Made by a program: the position numbers and the translations under genes. Of a stretch of DNA of 64,000 nt, positions 43,500 through 58,117 are shown piece after piece (position 1 is the stretch's first letter; every line of letters starts with the position of its first letter). The notes beneath the pieces are model-generated. The model was not told the origin of the DNA. It made no database searches and saw only the letters and a list, made by a program, of their open reading frames with translations. The DNA is from Chrysomallon squamiferum (lineage: Eukaryota; Animalia; Mollusca), in assembly GCA_012295275.1 (NCBI GenBank), contig CM022666.1, forward strand, positions 13,144,001-13,208,000, in the 5' to 3' direction.

Positions 43500-44139
43500 G
43501 TCATAGTAATAGAAATAGAAGTAGTAATAACAATAACAACAATACTACTACTACTACTACTAGTACTAATACTACTACTACTACTGTTAATATTAAGCTG
43601 TAATGACATACAACACCAAACACCAGACAAAAAAGAAGAAAAAAAAAAAAAAAAAAAAAAGAACAAAAACAAAAAAAATCGTTCTCTTTCGAAACTGATC
43701 TACATTTGCAATAATGGCGCCCAAAGGGACGCAACTCGATCACTTCTCGACAAAGGTGATGTGGCTGGTAGCCTTGGCCGGCATGACATGCGTATCACAT
43801 ATGTGTGTGATATCTGTGTGTGTGATATCTGCTCGGAAATCAAATTAACAGTTAGTCGTAAACAACTCGGCGGCATCATGTTCACATGCGATATTGTTCA
43901 TGCTCTGAGATAAATTGACAATAAAAAGACGTCTAATGACGTTGCCTCCCAGTCGTGACGCTGTTTCCCGTAGCGGCAGCCACAGCGTCAGGCTGCAGTT
44001 GGATCTGCTTTCGATAAACAATAAGTCAAATAAAGCGATTTTTAATACAAAAACAAAAAAAAAAAACAGAAACAAACGTAAGCTGTATTGTCAACCGAAT
44101 GAGCAATATTTGTGGACAAAACTGTATGTGTGTTTGTTG

Positions 44140-44247
<108 letters not shown>

Positions 44248-47200
44248 GTGTGTGGTGGGAAAGAGATTAATTTAGGACAATCAGAGAGAGAGAGAGAGAG
44301 AGAGAGACAGTAATTTGAAAAGGATAATGAGCGAGGAAGAATGAAAAAAACTCTGAACCACAACGATTTTATAAACACATTCTCTCGTTGATGTATTTCA
44401 GATGATAATTACTAAAACGTGGTTCATTCTGCAGTCTAAACAAATAAAAAAGAAAACTTACCTGCAAATCCTTTGATGATACCGCTTACAAAGCCTGCCA
44501 ATGTCAACCTGTTACCAACAACCTTAGTGATCACTCAAACAATCTCAGACGATACATATCCAACATGGCCTTCTTAAAACCAGCAAATTAACTAAACTAA
44601 CTGTAAACGGTCTTATAATTATGTTTATTTGGCAGGATTTTGTTTAAAAAAAAAAAAAAAACCCATTGATTTGTCATCCATGGCACTAGCCTGAAGCAAG
44701 ATCTCACTGAACACATATTTTAAACTCCTCAAAGGATTTAAAAATAGCAATACGCGTGAGATATTTGACTTACGACTAAGACTGTGGATACAAAGCTTAC
44801 AGGAGCAGGGATCGAATCTCTCAGCTTAGTTTAGTTCTGTGAGTTTTACTCCTTGTCTTTTCTGCAGCGTGTTAACATTTGAATCAGATATCATCTGTAC
44901 AGGTCCACGACTGGCGTGCATTAACCACAGTTTGCGTCGATTAGCGTTTTCATCATTGTCTGTTAATACCAGATTGCGCATTCCGTTTGAAGAACTATTA
45001 AGGAACTTTGATAATGTATTAAAAACAGTAATAATGCATGAGAAACAGTAATACTCTAAAACAGTAGTAATGTATAACAAGAGTAATAATGTATTTAAAA
45101 AAAGTAATAATGTGTGAAAACGGTAATAATATATTAACAACAACGACAACGACAGCTGTAGCAGAATCACCAGCAGCGGTAACGTCAGTAGTCATAATAA
45201 TAACTAAAGCATGAACAGTAATAGTAAATGTAACATCATCATTTTAATTATTAACAGTTATTTAAAGCTGTTACTACTTAAATAACATACACATAATATA
45301 TAAACACACACACATTAAAACATTAACAATAAAAATAATAATTACCTCAATAACAACAGCAACAGCAATGATGTTGACAATAAGAACACAACAATAAACA
45401 AAACAGTTTCTGACAGCTAGAAAAACCCAATGACAACAAAAACAAAAGGCAGACGTCATTCGCTTATGACGTCATAATGCAATATTTATACCGTCGAAAC
45501 GTAAACATTAACTACGGATACCATTCCAGCTGCTGATTCTACTAGTATTGAAATTACTATTTCTACAACGACAACAACAACAGATACCACTACTATTTCT
45601 GTCGCTGTTGCAGCAGTTATTATCACTACTGCTACATGTCATCAATAGGACGTTTTTCTGGTAAGTAGAAATTATATTAATATATTTAATAATCTGTTAA
45701 CATGGTTTAAAAATTTACTTTTGCATTCAGTCTTGTTTTAATAAATGTTTCTCTTTTTTTTTTTAAACATGTAGCTTTTCTAAACAAATAACACACACAC
45801 ACATATACACACGCATGCACAGTCATTTATACAACACATACACGCCCACCCATACACACACAAACATGCACACACATAGAGATAATATAGGTTTCTTGTT
45901 TTTTTTCCGTTTTTTATTTTTTATTTTGACCAGCTGTTAATATATACCAAAATCAAGCATATCGAAATATTATTTAACAGCTACAAATTAATAGAATTAT
46001 TTTTAAAACCGGTTTTCTGAAAAAAGAAGAAGAAGAAAGAAAATGCCCTGACATCTAATATTTGATATTGCAAGTTATTATTTTGTTTTGTCACAAACTT
46101 GTTATTCTATTATCATACTTAATTATTATGAAAGATTGAGCACCTCTAATAAATAATCCAATCACTTGCGAGTATACAAAATAATTTCAAACCAGTTATT
46201 CCTCTATATAAAACATATTTAAAACATTTTTTTTTTTTCTGTATATAAAATGTATTTAGAACATTTATTCCTGTACATAAAATGTATTCGAACCATTTAT
46301 TCCTAAAAGTACATAAGCACTGTTCTACCCATTTTCTATTATATCAGCTTGCTTGGGACAGATCCACTAAAAAAAATCGAATATTATTAATTTGAAAGTG
46401 GAGCACACGGCAGACTGAGTCTGATTTGTCTCAGGGAAATGTCTGTTTTGGGAAAAAGGACGTATAATTTGAAATCTACGAATATAGGAAGCTTTTCATC
46501 AGAAGGTTTGCATCAATAGGCAGATCCTTTCAGGTTTTTTTTTTTTTTCAGAGAATGCTCGTAATTTCGAATAAAAATGGGTTAAAAGGAAAATAAAATA
46601 AAATAAATAAGTAAATAGATAAATAATAAAAAAGTAAATAAATATAAATATAAACAATTAAGTAAATAAGTAAGTAAATAAGTTAATAAATAAATAAGTA
46701 AGTAGGCAAATAAATAAATAAATATAAAGGGTCAGAAAATCAATGATTTACTTATCAGTAGAGAAAATTATAGAAATTAAACATATAAAAAAAAAAGAAA
46801 TAAAATTTTAAAAAGATCATGAATCTGACAAGGTGACATTAAATGAACTTTTCGCTTTGTTAATCACTGGAGATTTACATTCTGCTTGACGAAATCGATA
46901 GCTTATCACTAACCGCCAGGATGCCCACGCTTTTTGGAAGATTATAAAAAAAAAAAATAAAAAAAAATAACGTGTCATAAAATATCTTTCTACTGATGGC
47001 GGAGAGTGATCCGCGAAACTACTTCCTGTAGCAACGCGCCGGAAACGCGGAGGAATACGTGATTAGTGACCTGTTTACATCGACCTTGTTATTATCTCGA
47101 TAAAGAGAAATTGCTTTATCGTTTTTATTTATTTATTTATTTATTTATTTAATGATGGTCTTTTTGTTTATTTTTCTTTGGGAGGGCTTATTTCGGAATT

Positions 47201-47817
47201 TGCACCTTTGTATGTACATATGCGCGTGTGTGTGTGTATGTGTGTGAGTGTGTATGTGTGTGTGTGTGTATCGGAATTAATATACACACTTGCACCTTTG
47301 TATGTACACACATATGCGTATTTGTGTGTGTATTAACCACAAATATATATATATATACACATATACAAACACATATGCAAGATACATACATTCATCCATA
47401 TACACACACACACACACACACACACATACGTTCCTTTTACTTACCAAACTGTAATACAAGTAATTTTACTACTACTAATAATAGCCTACGATACTTACTC
47501 CAGTCTACGTTACTTTCACAAATTGAAAAGAAAAAGCGTGTCATGCTGTCTGGGATTTAGAAAAGTCCGTTAAAATACCCAAGCGTCCTTGTTGATGCTT
47601 CTCTAAAATATCGCGGTGACAACAGAGATAACGTACCGTGATAAATTATCCGGCTTACCAAAAATAAATGTCTTTGGAGTATTATATTGTAGATATACCG
47701 GGAGTGCTGGTGCTTACGGCAAATCATAAAATTTAAAAATGGGCCTCAGAGGAAAAAAACGAAAACCCAGATGAAAAGAGTTTTGTGGGACGGAACAGAA
47801 AATATATATATAAATTT

Positions 47818-47898
47818 ATATTTCACTAATGAAAATTACGATTAACCTGAATTTTCGAAGCTGAAGAATAATCGTAATAATTTTCGTTAGTGAAATAT
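47818..47898. repeat. Inverted repeat/hairpin (27-30 bp arms, 24-nt loop)
   Basis: atatttcactaatgaaaattacgatta vs taatcgtaataattttcgttagtgaaatat (one mismatch, 3-nt indel). Confidence 0.8.
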
Positions 47899-48202
47899 TT
47901 ATATTTATAACTATGGAAATTACTGTATTGAAACAACTGACATTAAAAAAAAAAAAAAAAAAAAATAAAATTAAAAATAATAATAATAATAATAATAATA
48001 AAGAAGAAGAAGAAGAAGAAGAAGAAGAAAGAAAAGAAATAAGAGATAAAATTGATTTATATACATTAAATATATATATATATTAATTTTGGTATAAATA
48101 AAATAATATTTATCTATCTATATATATATATATATATATTATATTATATATATATATACTATATCAAATGTCTGGTGTAAAAAGTCTGACTCCAGTGGAA
48201 AA

Positions 48203-48238
<36 letters not shown>

Positions 48239-48245
48239 AAATAAA

Positions 48246-48310
<65 letters not shown>

Positions 48311-49399
48311 TAAATCATTATTTTCGGGACTTTTATCTCCGCCAAATTCTCGACCGAGAAAGAAGCTGTTTCATTTTTAACGTATTTATTTAATTTTTTT
48401 CTTTTTTTTTTTTCTTTTTTCTTTACACATTCCAAAGAAACCAAGCCTTGCGGCTAAAATTACGCGTGTCTTAAGATACCTCAAACAACTACGTCACAAA
48501 CTCAATCAATAGTCTTAAAGTTACCAAGTCACTTTCACACGCGCAACTATCAGTTTTGACTGCTGTGATCGCGCGCCCGAATGAGCTCCACTTCAAAGGC
48601 GTAACGCGCGATCGATACGCGATGAAGCCACGTTACTGCAGAATATAACTACGCTCGCGTAAAGTAGTTCATCTCTAGAGGATAATCGTTACGTAAAACC
48701 GATATTATAATTTTAAGTAATTTTTCTCTCTCTGTTTTTTTTTCTTTCTTTTATTTCGTTTTTTTGTATTATTATTATTTAATGAAAAAGAGATGTTTTA
48801 TAAGATTGAATGTTATTGATATGATTAGTTATTATTATAATTTTCTTTTAATGATAAAAAATAATAATAAAAATAACAACACGAATTTAAAAGAAATAAG
48901 AAAGTAGGTAAAGATGATATATATGACGTCACTGGAAAACCCCCCAAAGAAGCACGTGCTGTAATAATATTATAAAACTTGTATCCATTTAATATATCAA
49001 TAGTATGAGAGTTAAAAATAAAACAAAAATAGAAGACGAAGAAGAAGTGCAACAACAACATGATCATCATAATCACGATAACACGAAAACAGCAGTTATT
49101 AAATAACCAGCCTCTACAAACAACACACAGACTTTTAGAACGTAAACAAAACGAAACAATGACTATTAACAGCGATCCCTCTGAAACACAACGCATCTGT
49201 CAACCGGTCTGTTCTACCGCTAAGTCCACACACAACAAACAGCAATCCCATCCGTTTCGCCAGCAAACAAACAAACAAACATTTATTTTATCTAACACCG
49301 ATTACATCTCCCAGCCGCCAACCCCCACCCACCCACACCCCCACCTCTTCCTAACCCCCTGGGACACTTCGTTTTCGCTACACACAAACTGGGCAAAAC

Positions 49400-50000
49400 G
49401 AGAGAACTTGTCTGTACGCACGTACGAAATTACGTATCGCAGTCTCTCTCTCTCGCTCGCTGAAGCCTCCACTGGCTCCCGGTCCATATGTTAACCGCAC
49501 CGGACGCTCCAGAATGCGACACTGCAACGCCAAACCGTTGTGACAAGCGTAACATTATATGTGTCACCTGTTTACTGGAAAGTGCGTGACTGAGCCGCAG
49601 AGCGCTAGCTGGCTTCTGTCAACCGCGTGGCACCGAGGCTTCGCAGAACATCCATATTCTCTCGGCGCGCGAGCATCGTTTTAGCAAGTCAGTAGTCTGA
49701 TCTACGGACACCGAGCGAGCGAGCAGCTGTCGAGTGTGGGGCTTTTCCAGGATGTGTTGTGTGTGCGCGCTGGCTTCTAGTGCGACAAAGCCGCTAATTA
49801 CAGGCATGGACATCGTCGAGTGAAATTATCGGAAATTGTGTCTGTGTTTTCGTTCGTCGTGGCGAAGAGGAAATATTATTTAGGTTAATTCACGTGTTCG
49901 CGAGGATGTGAATACCTACAGTTCGTTCGCTGAACGTTTTAGTTTGATGTGTTTTCTCCCCCTCTTGTTTTCACCGTAGAGTATTTGTGTTTTGAGATAT
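49400..50000 (+). promoter_or_regulatory. GC/CpG-rich putative promoter and 5' leader of the CNG channel gene
   Basis: CpG-dense block 0.5-1.1 kb upstream of the ATG; TCAGT initiator-like motif near 49689. Confidence 0.45.
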
Positions 50001-50371
50001 ATCGTTTGTTAAATCGTTAATTTCTTGTTTTATTTTATTTTTATTTTTATTTTTATTTTATTTTTGTTTTGTTATTTGATTTTTATAAATATTGTTTTTA
50101 ATACTTCTTCTTTTTTAAAAAAAGAAAAAAGAAAAAAAGAAAGATGGTTTACTTGTATTCGTTGGTCTGGTACTGTTGAAAGGAGTGAAACACAGAACCG
50201 CTGTCTCTCTCTCGCTCTCTCGCTCTGTAAGCTGTGGTGTTTTTGTAAAATCGATCTCTTGTTATACTCGGAGTAATGGTTACAGCTTGAATTGAAAACA
50301 GATAAGTTTTTCAATTTTTTTAAATCACAAGTTTCAGCTGCAGTGCGCGAGGCTCTGCTTTAGCAGACTAC

Positions 50372-50406
<35 letters not shown>

Positions 50407-50505
50407 GAAATTTTTGTTGTTGTTGTTGTTGTAAACTTCCCGAGGCAGACGACACTTTCCCCGCGTGGCCAAACCGTTGTGTGACCGCATGGCGCACGGA
50501 CCGCC

Positions 50506-51913
50506 ATGTCAGGCGTACTGGCGAGAAGGAAGGCGAGCGACACCGGAGTAGCAGTCAAGTACACGCCGTGTGCCAAGGCGGACACGAACGACGATAATGA
50601 AATAGACGAAATCGCCATCGTCAACAACGACGACAATGATCAGCCGAGGCAGCAGCAGCAGCAGCAGGCGACAACAACAACAACACCGTCTCCGTCGTCG
50701 ATCGCAGTGGAAGGTGGTGACGTGCCGAGCATCGAGCCAGTGGTCACAGCGAACGGGCCCCGCCACCCCCCCGGGCTCGAGATCTACCAGTCGCCCTCAG
50801 ACCGCACGAAGCTGATCGGGGAGCGACTCAGCTCGTGCGACAAGATCAGCTTGTCGTCTCCGATCTATTCCAACAAGGTCGTCGAGCAGAAATCGAAGTC
50901 GAGTTCCAAACACAGTCTGCTGGATCTTGTGAGCAGCAAGCTGGACATAGTGAAGACTCGCAAGCGGTATTCCGTCGCTAACCAGTCTCTGATGAGAAAG
51001 CAGAGACTCAGCGAGGCAAACATCACATCGAAGGGGATCAGGAAACAGAGGAGGAAGGAGTTGGAGGAGAAGTTCGGCAAGAAGAGCATACGAGGCGACC
51101 GCGGCGACACGCTAACGACTGTCACGGACAGCTCCGACCACGGCGGCTGCAACTGGACGTTCGTGTTTGACCCGTCGGGTCGTCTGTGCTACTGGTGGTC
51201 TTCGTTCGTCAGCGTGGCCTTCCTCTACAACTTCTGGGTGATCATCTACAGGTTCGCGTTCCAGGAAATCAACCGCGACAACATTGCGCTGTGGTTCACG
51301 CTCGACTACCTGGCCGACACCGTGTACATCATGGACGTGGCGTTCCACTTCAGGACGGGCTACCTGCAGGACGGCGTGCTCCAGACGGACACGACGAAGT
51401 TGCGGATACACTACATGAACTCCACCACTTTCTACATCGATTGTTTGTGTCTGTTGCCTCTCGACTTCATGTACCTCTCTATCGGATTTTGCTCAATTCT
51501 GCGCTGCTTTCGTTTGGTGAAAGTTTATCGGTTCTGGTCGTTCCAGGACCGGACCGAACGGCACACCAACTACCCCAACGTGATTCGAACGTTGACGCTG
51601 CTCCACTACCTGCTGGCGTTGTTCCACTGGAACGCCTGCCTCTACTACATCGTTGCGACTCGCATGGAGCGCTCTCCAGACATCTGGAGATTCCCCAAGG
51701 ACGAGGATAAAGTTACCTTGCAATACCTGCACGCTCTTTACTGGAGTACCCTCACCCTGACGACACTCGGAAACCCCCCCAGGCCGAAGACGGCAGGGGA
51801 ATATGTGTTTGTTCTATTCGAAATGGTGTTCGCGTTGATGCTGTTCGCCACCGTGCTGGGACACGTTGCTAACATTGTCACCAACGTCAGTGCAGCACGA
51901 AAAGAATTTCAAG
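50506..51913 (+). CDS. Cyclic nucleotide-gated cation channel (alpha-like, Drosophila CG42260-type), first coding exon: N-terminus, S1-S6 and pore; 3'-partial
   Basis: GC-rich ORF starting at gccATG; FVFDPSGRLCY.W (pre-S1), DYLAD..YIMD...FRTGYLQDG (S2), DRTERHTNYPN (S4-S5), HWNAC (S5), YWSTLTLTTLG (pore), FATVLGHVANIVTNVSAARKEFQ (S6); donor CAAG|gtaagt at 51914. Confidence 0.95.
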
Positions 51914-52239
51914 GTAAGTCGATTTTTTTTCTTCTTCTTTTTTTTTTTTTTCTGTTTTTAATTTTTTCTGGATTGTAAAATGTCAGAAGATGACACACCC
52001 TTCAGCTATTGTTGTTGTACCACAGATACGTTTTCCTTTTCAGCGACGTATTTAATCAAGCAGTCCTGTGTATTTGTTAATACTCAGAATTCACCACGAA
52101 AAGAAGTAGATTATAAATATATTAAAACTGACCAGTCGTATAAAAAGGCGGAAAATAATTATATGTCTGTGTGTGTGTTTTTTTTTATTATTATTTTTTT
52201 TGTAAGGTTTGTGTATGTGTGTGTATATATGTATATCTC

Positions 52240-52305
<66 letters not shown>

Positions 52306-52516
52306 TGTATATACAGCTGTGACAGGAAACGTGAATGAATATTACAACTAATGTGTGGTATATATATCACTGGTGTGTAATTTAATGTCTGTTATTTATA
52401 CAGTTGAGCTCAGTCGTCACTGTAATATTTTTTATATTAATATTAATAAGTAAAAAAAAATATCCTTGGCTTGTATCGTATGTAAGTGTATTCAGCATAA
52501 AACTCAGTTTTTATAC

Positions 52517-52572
<56 letters not shown>

Positions 52573-54253
52573 ATATATATATATATATATCTGTGTCTGT
52601 CTATCTATACATCTATATATCTATGTATGTATGTATCTATCTATCTATCTCTCGCTATATAAATATATCTGTCTATCTATTTATCTGTCTAATCTATCTC
52701 TGTATATTAGTGTGTATATATATATATTATATATAGTCATACATACAGATACATATAAGCACATGTGTACTTATATCTATACAAACTCACACACACAGAC
52801 ACACATATATGTATATGTATATATATATATATACACATACATACATAACATAACATATATAATGTAACGTAACGTAACATAACATAACAGCATAACATAA
52901 CATAATATAATATAACATAAAATAACGTAATAAACTGGATTATTAAATTTCTATATTGTTGAATTACACACCTTTGTAGCAAATTGCATATTGTAGACAG
53001 TCGACCAATAACATCACTTTAAACAACCAGCTTTAACCTGACTGGCTTTCTTTTCTTTTCTAAGACGTGTTGTGATTGGTTTATTTTAATACGCCTGACT
53101 CGGCCTTGACCTAGATTAGATATCATTTTTTGTTTTCATTATCTTCCAACAAAGATGCTGTTATTCTCGAAAGATCCGATAGCCAGGTTTTAATGTTGTT
53201 AATGCATGAAAGGAATTGTGTTTGTTGTAGGCAGATACAGACAAAAGACAGAATACCGTTGTTTTAAGTAAGAGTAAATTAATGCTCAAGACGTTATTAT
53301 CCAACTGTGGTGTCTCAGAAATCATTCATGTGTAGAAGAATTTTATCAGATGGAATTAATTTGATTTTCTTGATTTGATTTTTTAATAATAATAATAATA
53401 ATAATAATGATGATGATGATGATGATGATGATGATAATGATGATGGTGGTGATGATGATGATGATGATAATTATTCTATTATTATTTAATATAGTCGGTC
53501 GAAACAGGAAACATATTTTATACTCATTATCGTTACCGTTCTATATAACGTGCAAAAATAGAAACAAACAAACAAATGAAAAACAAACAAACAGACAAAA
53601 AAAAAAAAAAAAAAATTCCAAATAAACAAACAAAACACACAAATAATGACAGTTCTAAAAATGTGTTTAATATCTGCAACTGGTTTCTTCATATTTGGTG
53701 AATTTTTCTTTCTGGTTTTTTTATTTTTTATTTTTTATTGTTTTTCATTTTTTATTTTGTTGTTGTTGTTGTTGTTCTCGTTATATTGATAGTTTCCAGT
53801 TGATGAGAGTTTTGTAAATAAATCTTGTGTTGTATATTATCTGAACAGCCCTAGACCGAACCAATTAACCTTCTTTTGTTCTAAATCCTATTTTCTACAA
53901 ATTTCACATAATCTTACTATTGAATTAAGAAATAACGTTATTTCTGTTCATCTTTATTATCGATATGTGTCTTGAACAATTACTATTGACATAACAAATG
54001 TAGTCAGCACCCTGTTTGTTTAAATTTTTTTTAAAAAAAAAAAATGTGTTTCTCTTTGCTTTATATGTTGTTAAAATAAATAAATAAATAATGATGATGA
54101 TGATAAGAACAATAATGATAATGATGAAAATGATGATGATAACAATAGCAATAATAATAATAGTAGAGTAGTAATAGTAGTAGTTGTAGTTGTAGTCGTA
54201 GTTGTAGTAACAACAACAACAACAACAATAATAATAATCTACCAAGCAATACG

Positions 54254-54304
<51 letters not shown>

Positions 54305-54310
54305 TTTATT

Positions 54311-54341
<31 letters not shown>

Positions 54342-56025
54342 TTTTTTGTTTTTGTTGTTGTTGTTGTTGTTGATGAGCATCATTGAAGTTTTAATAGCAT
54401 CCAGCCACATATAAGAAAGCACACACAGACTACACAGTAAGACTGTCACAGGGAGACAGGTAAGACTGCACTTCACAGAAATAGCTTTTTACATTCACAG
54501 AAATAAAAATACATTTTAGTCCCTGTCACATTTTATTTATCAGGGAGAAAAATATCACATTAAGTAGCACCAACGGAGTAAATCTAATTACTTCAACCAT
54601 TTTAATCTGTACCGATTATTCCGCGTTTCCACGGCAACCGAACTTTACGTATTTAATCGTATTAACTGACGTCACTAAGAAGCTGCTCAGCCAGAAAGGG
54701 ATTTCTTAAAGCGATTAACTCCCTTGTTTCTAATTTCGTTAACCAATCAGAGTACTTTGCAGCGTCTGTTCATTTCACTTACACTTTTGCTTTGCCTTTT
54801 AATCGCTTCTCACGTGCTGTTGATCGATCTCCGTCTTTGAATAATATTCTTGTTATCGATAATCATAACAGGACAAAACTTAATGCAGTGTCTTTTTATT
54901 TTCTACTTTTTTTTTCCTCTGACAGTCGACTGGTTCTGTAATGTCTATTAGCATATTTATGACATCGACTACTGGAGACAGTGTCGACAGTCAGTCTATT
55001 TTTGAAAACGACAGTCATTAGCCTGAAAGATATGTTAAAAATATTCAGTTTTGTTTTGTTATCTTTCTTTCTGTCGTTTTATCTTTCATTCAATCTTTCT
55101 GTCTTTCTTTTTGTCTTTCTTTCATTCTTTATTAGTTTATTTATTCATTGATACTGAATCATATTTCTACCTAAATGTATTATAAAAAATAAATCACACA
55201 AGAAACAAAAAAACAAAAAACAACAACACCATAACAATTACAAATAAATATCATACTAAGTTTTTACTGTTTTAATTAAATATCCATGATAATTTACCGT
55301 AATTAGACTGCAAACACCAATAGTACACTGATACTATTATTCAAATATTTAATTTCTATCATTATCCAGTCAAATACACAAAAGTTGTTAACGACTAAAA
55401 GTCAGTTAAATGTCACTGCCGTTTAACGAATTCGCATACACCACAAACCAAATTAGTCTTGGTGTTTCAACATCTGTCACCAATTCGTCGGGGGGCGGGG
55501 AAAATGCTACTAGGGGCGAGGTCAATTTAATTTACATGTCATTTTGATATGGCGCAAGAATATGTGTAAAATTATTAAATTACCTCAGAATAAATAGATC
55601 TCTTTACGTATTAACGTTGTGATAATAATGCTTATTATCTTTATGTTAATATATCTGTAGGTCTGTCTGTATCAGTCTGTCTGGTTGTTCATCTGTCTCT
55701 CTGCGTCCGTGTGTTTGAATTCTGTCTGTATTTTTCTATTTTTCCTCAGTTAAGTGTATTAAATAAAATGTCAGTGAAATATTAATAAAATTAGCTTTAA
55801 TTAGACAACGCAAACTCAGACTTTCAGTACTATTACTACTTCTATTACCATCACCACTACACAACTATTACTACTATTATTACTTCAGGTAATGTTCCTT
55901 CTGTTGTTACCAACACTACTTCTACTGTCATCGCTGCGCCAACAGCCAGTGTTAAAATACTATTACAACTACTACGACTGCAAAGATGTATAAATATATA
56001 AATACTGGAGAAAGAAACACAACAG

Positions 56026-56167
<142 letters not shown>

Positions 56168-56570
56168 CCTCCTCCTCTCTCATTATCTACTCATTCTCCT
56201 TCACCCAAAAGCACTACTACGAATATTATGCATGTTAAGCAACTTGGAACATCTGAATAGTAAAAGCTTAATCGGGATTGTGTAGATTAATTTTGTACGT
56301 CATGAATATTCATGACCGTTCGTCAGGCTCTGTTATTCCAGTGCAGCAGATGTAACGATTACACCGGGCAGACTGAAACTAACGTAGATCATTTTCACAA
56401 ACGTGCTCGTTAAACAAAATGTGTGATGTACGTCACCACTGATAACTACGGCATCATCATCGTCATCATCATTATCTGACACGTGATTTCAGCAATTACA
56501 ACTATTGTGTATTAGGAATAACCTTGATCTACATCAAATAAAAAAATACTATTAGAACAACTACTACTAA

Positions 56571-56708
56571 TTACTACTACAACTATCAATACTATTAATT
56601 ACTACTACAACTATCAATACTATTAATTACTACTACAACTATCAATACTCTTAATTACTACTACAACTATCAATACTCTTAATTACTACTACAACTATCA
56701 ATACTATT
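56571..56708. repeat. 28-bp minisatellite, 5 copies (ttactactacaactatcaatactattaa)
   Basis: Near-perfect tandem copies. Confidence 0.9.
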
Positions 56709-58026
56709 TCCATTGCTACAACGACTACTACCACTAGTACAGTTACTACTACTACTACTACTGTCACTGCTAACGCTACTTTTACTATTAGTATTTCTAG
56801 TATTTCTACTAGCACTATACTACTACTATTACAGCAGCTGCCAATACTACTACCACAATTACTACTACTACTACTACTACTACTACTACCTCTATTAGTA
56901 CTACTACTATTAGTACTTGTACTACTAATATTTCTACTAGTACTACTACTACTACTCTTACTACTACTACTTTTACTACTTCTACTACTATTAGTAATTC
57001 TACAACTAATATTTCTACTACTAGTACTACGACTACTTTTTCTTCTACTAGTTTTACACATACAACTATTACTAGTATACACTACAACTACAACAAAAAT
57101 ATTAACTACTACTGCTATAGTATCATAAGTAAAGACCACCACAACAACAACAAAACAGACTAGCAAAATCTAAAACAAAAAAATCGCCTACTACATACTG
57201 AAGGAAGAAGCAATTAATTTAAAATTGTAAATAAGAAAAAGATTCATCAAAATTTAAACATTAAAATAAAATAAAAAGAAATAAAATAAAATAAAATAAA
57301 ATAAAATAAAATAAAATAAATTGAAAAAATATATAAAATAAAATAAAATAAAATAAAGAAAAATAAATTGAAAAAAATATATATAAAATAAAATAAAGTA
57401 AAGTAAAATAAAATAAAATAAAATAAAAGATTTGCGAAGGCGAAGCGCAACATTTGAGGAAATTAGGTTTATGGTCACTAAGTATGACGTAATACCGTTA
57501 TCACAAAAAAAAAAAAAAAATGGAGATCGTTATGAGTCAAAATGAGTGGAATAACGCCTAGTTTATTAAACAGCTCAATTTCCATTGGCTATTTATAGCG
57601 TGGGGTCTTCGTACGCAAAATCGATACGCCTTTTAGATTTAAACACAATTATTCATTTACTTGGATGGACGGTTTGAACTGATATGGAATATTTTAGTTT
57701 TTATTTATTTTGTTATTTCTGGTAAATCGGTGTCATTTAAGAACAAAATACTTGTTTAATGAATGAACACAATTTGTTTGCTGCACTTTAGCGCATTACG
57801 TGATCAAGATTATTTGTAACATACTGTCTTTTTTTTTTTTTTTTTAATGATATGAGAGAGATATAGACAGACAGACAGATATAAATTTAGATAAATAGAT
57901 GGATAGATAAATATATAGATAGACTGACTGATGTATAGAAAGAAAGACAGAGAGACAGACAGATAGATACAGATAGATAGACAGATAGATAGACAGATAG
58001 ATAGATAGATAGATAGATATACATAA

Positions 58027-58117
<91 letters not shown>

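Noticed and set aside
44760-44830. B-box-like ggatcgaatc suggesting a tRNA
   Set aside because: No cloverleaf or clear A box; at most a decayed SINE fragment
50509-51732. Antisense and alternative-frame ORFs overlapping the CNG exon (including the 174-aa 51186-51710)
   Set aside because: Expected shadow ORFs of a GC3-rich coding exon
51914-51978. C-terminal hydrophobic tail of the 490-aa ORF
   Set aside because: Read-through into the intron past the CAAG|gtaagt donor
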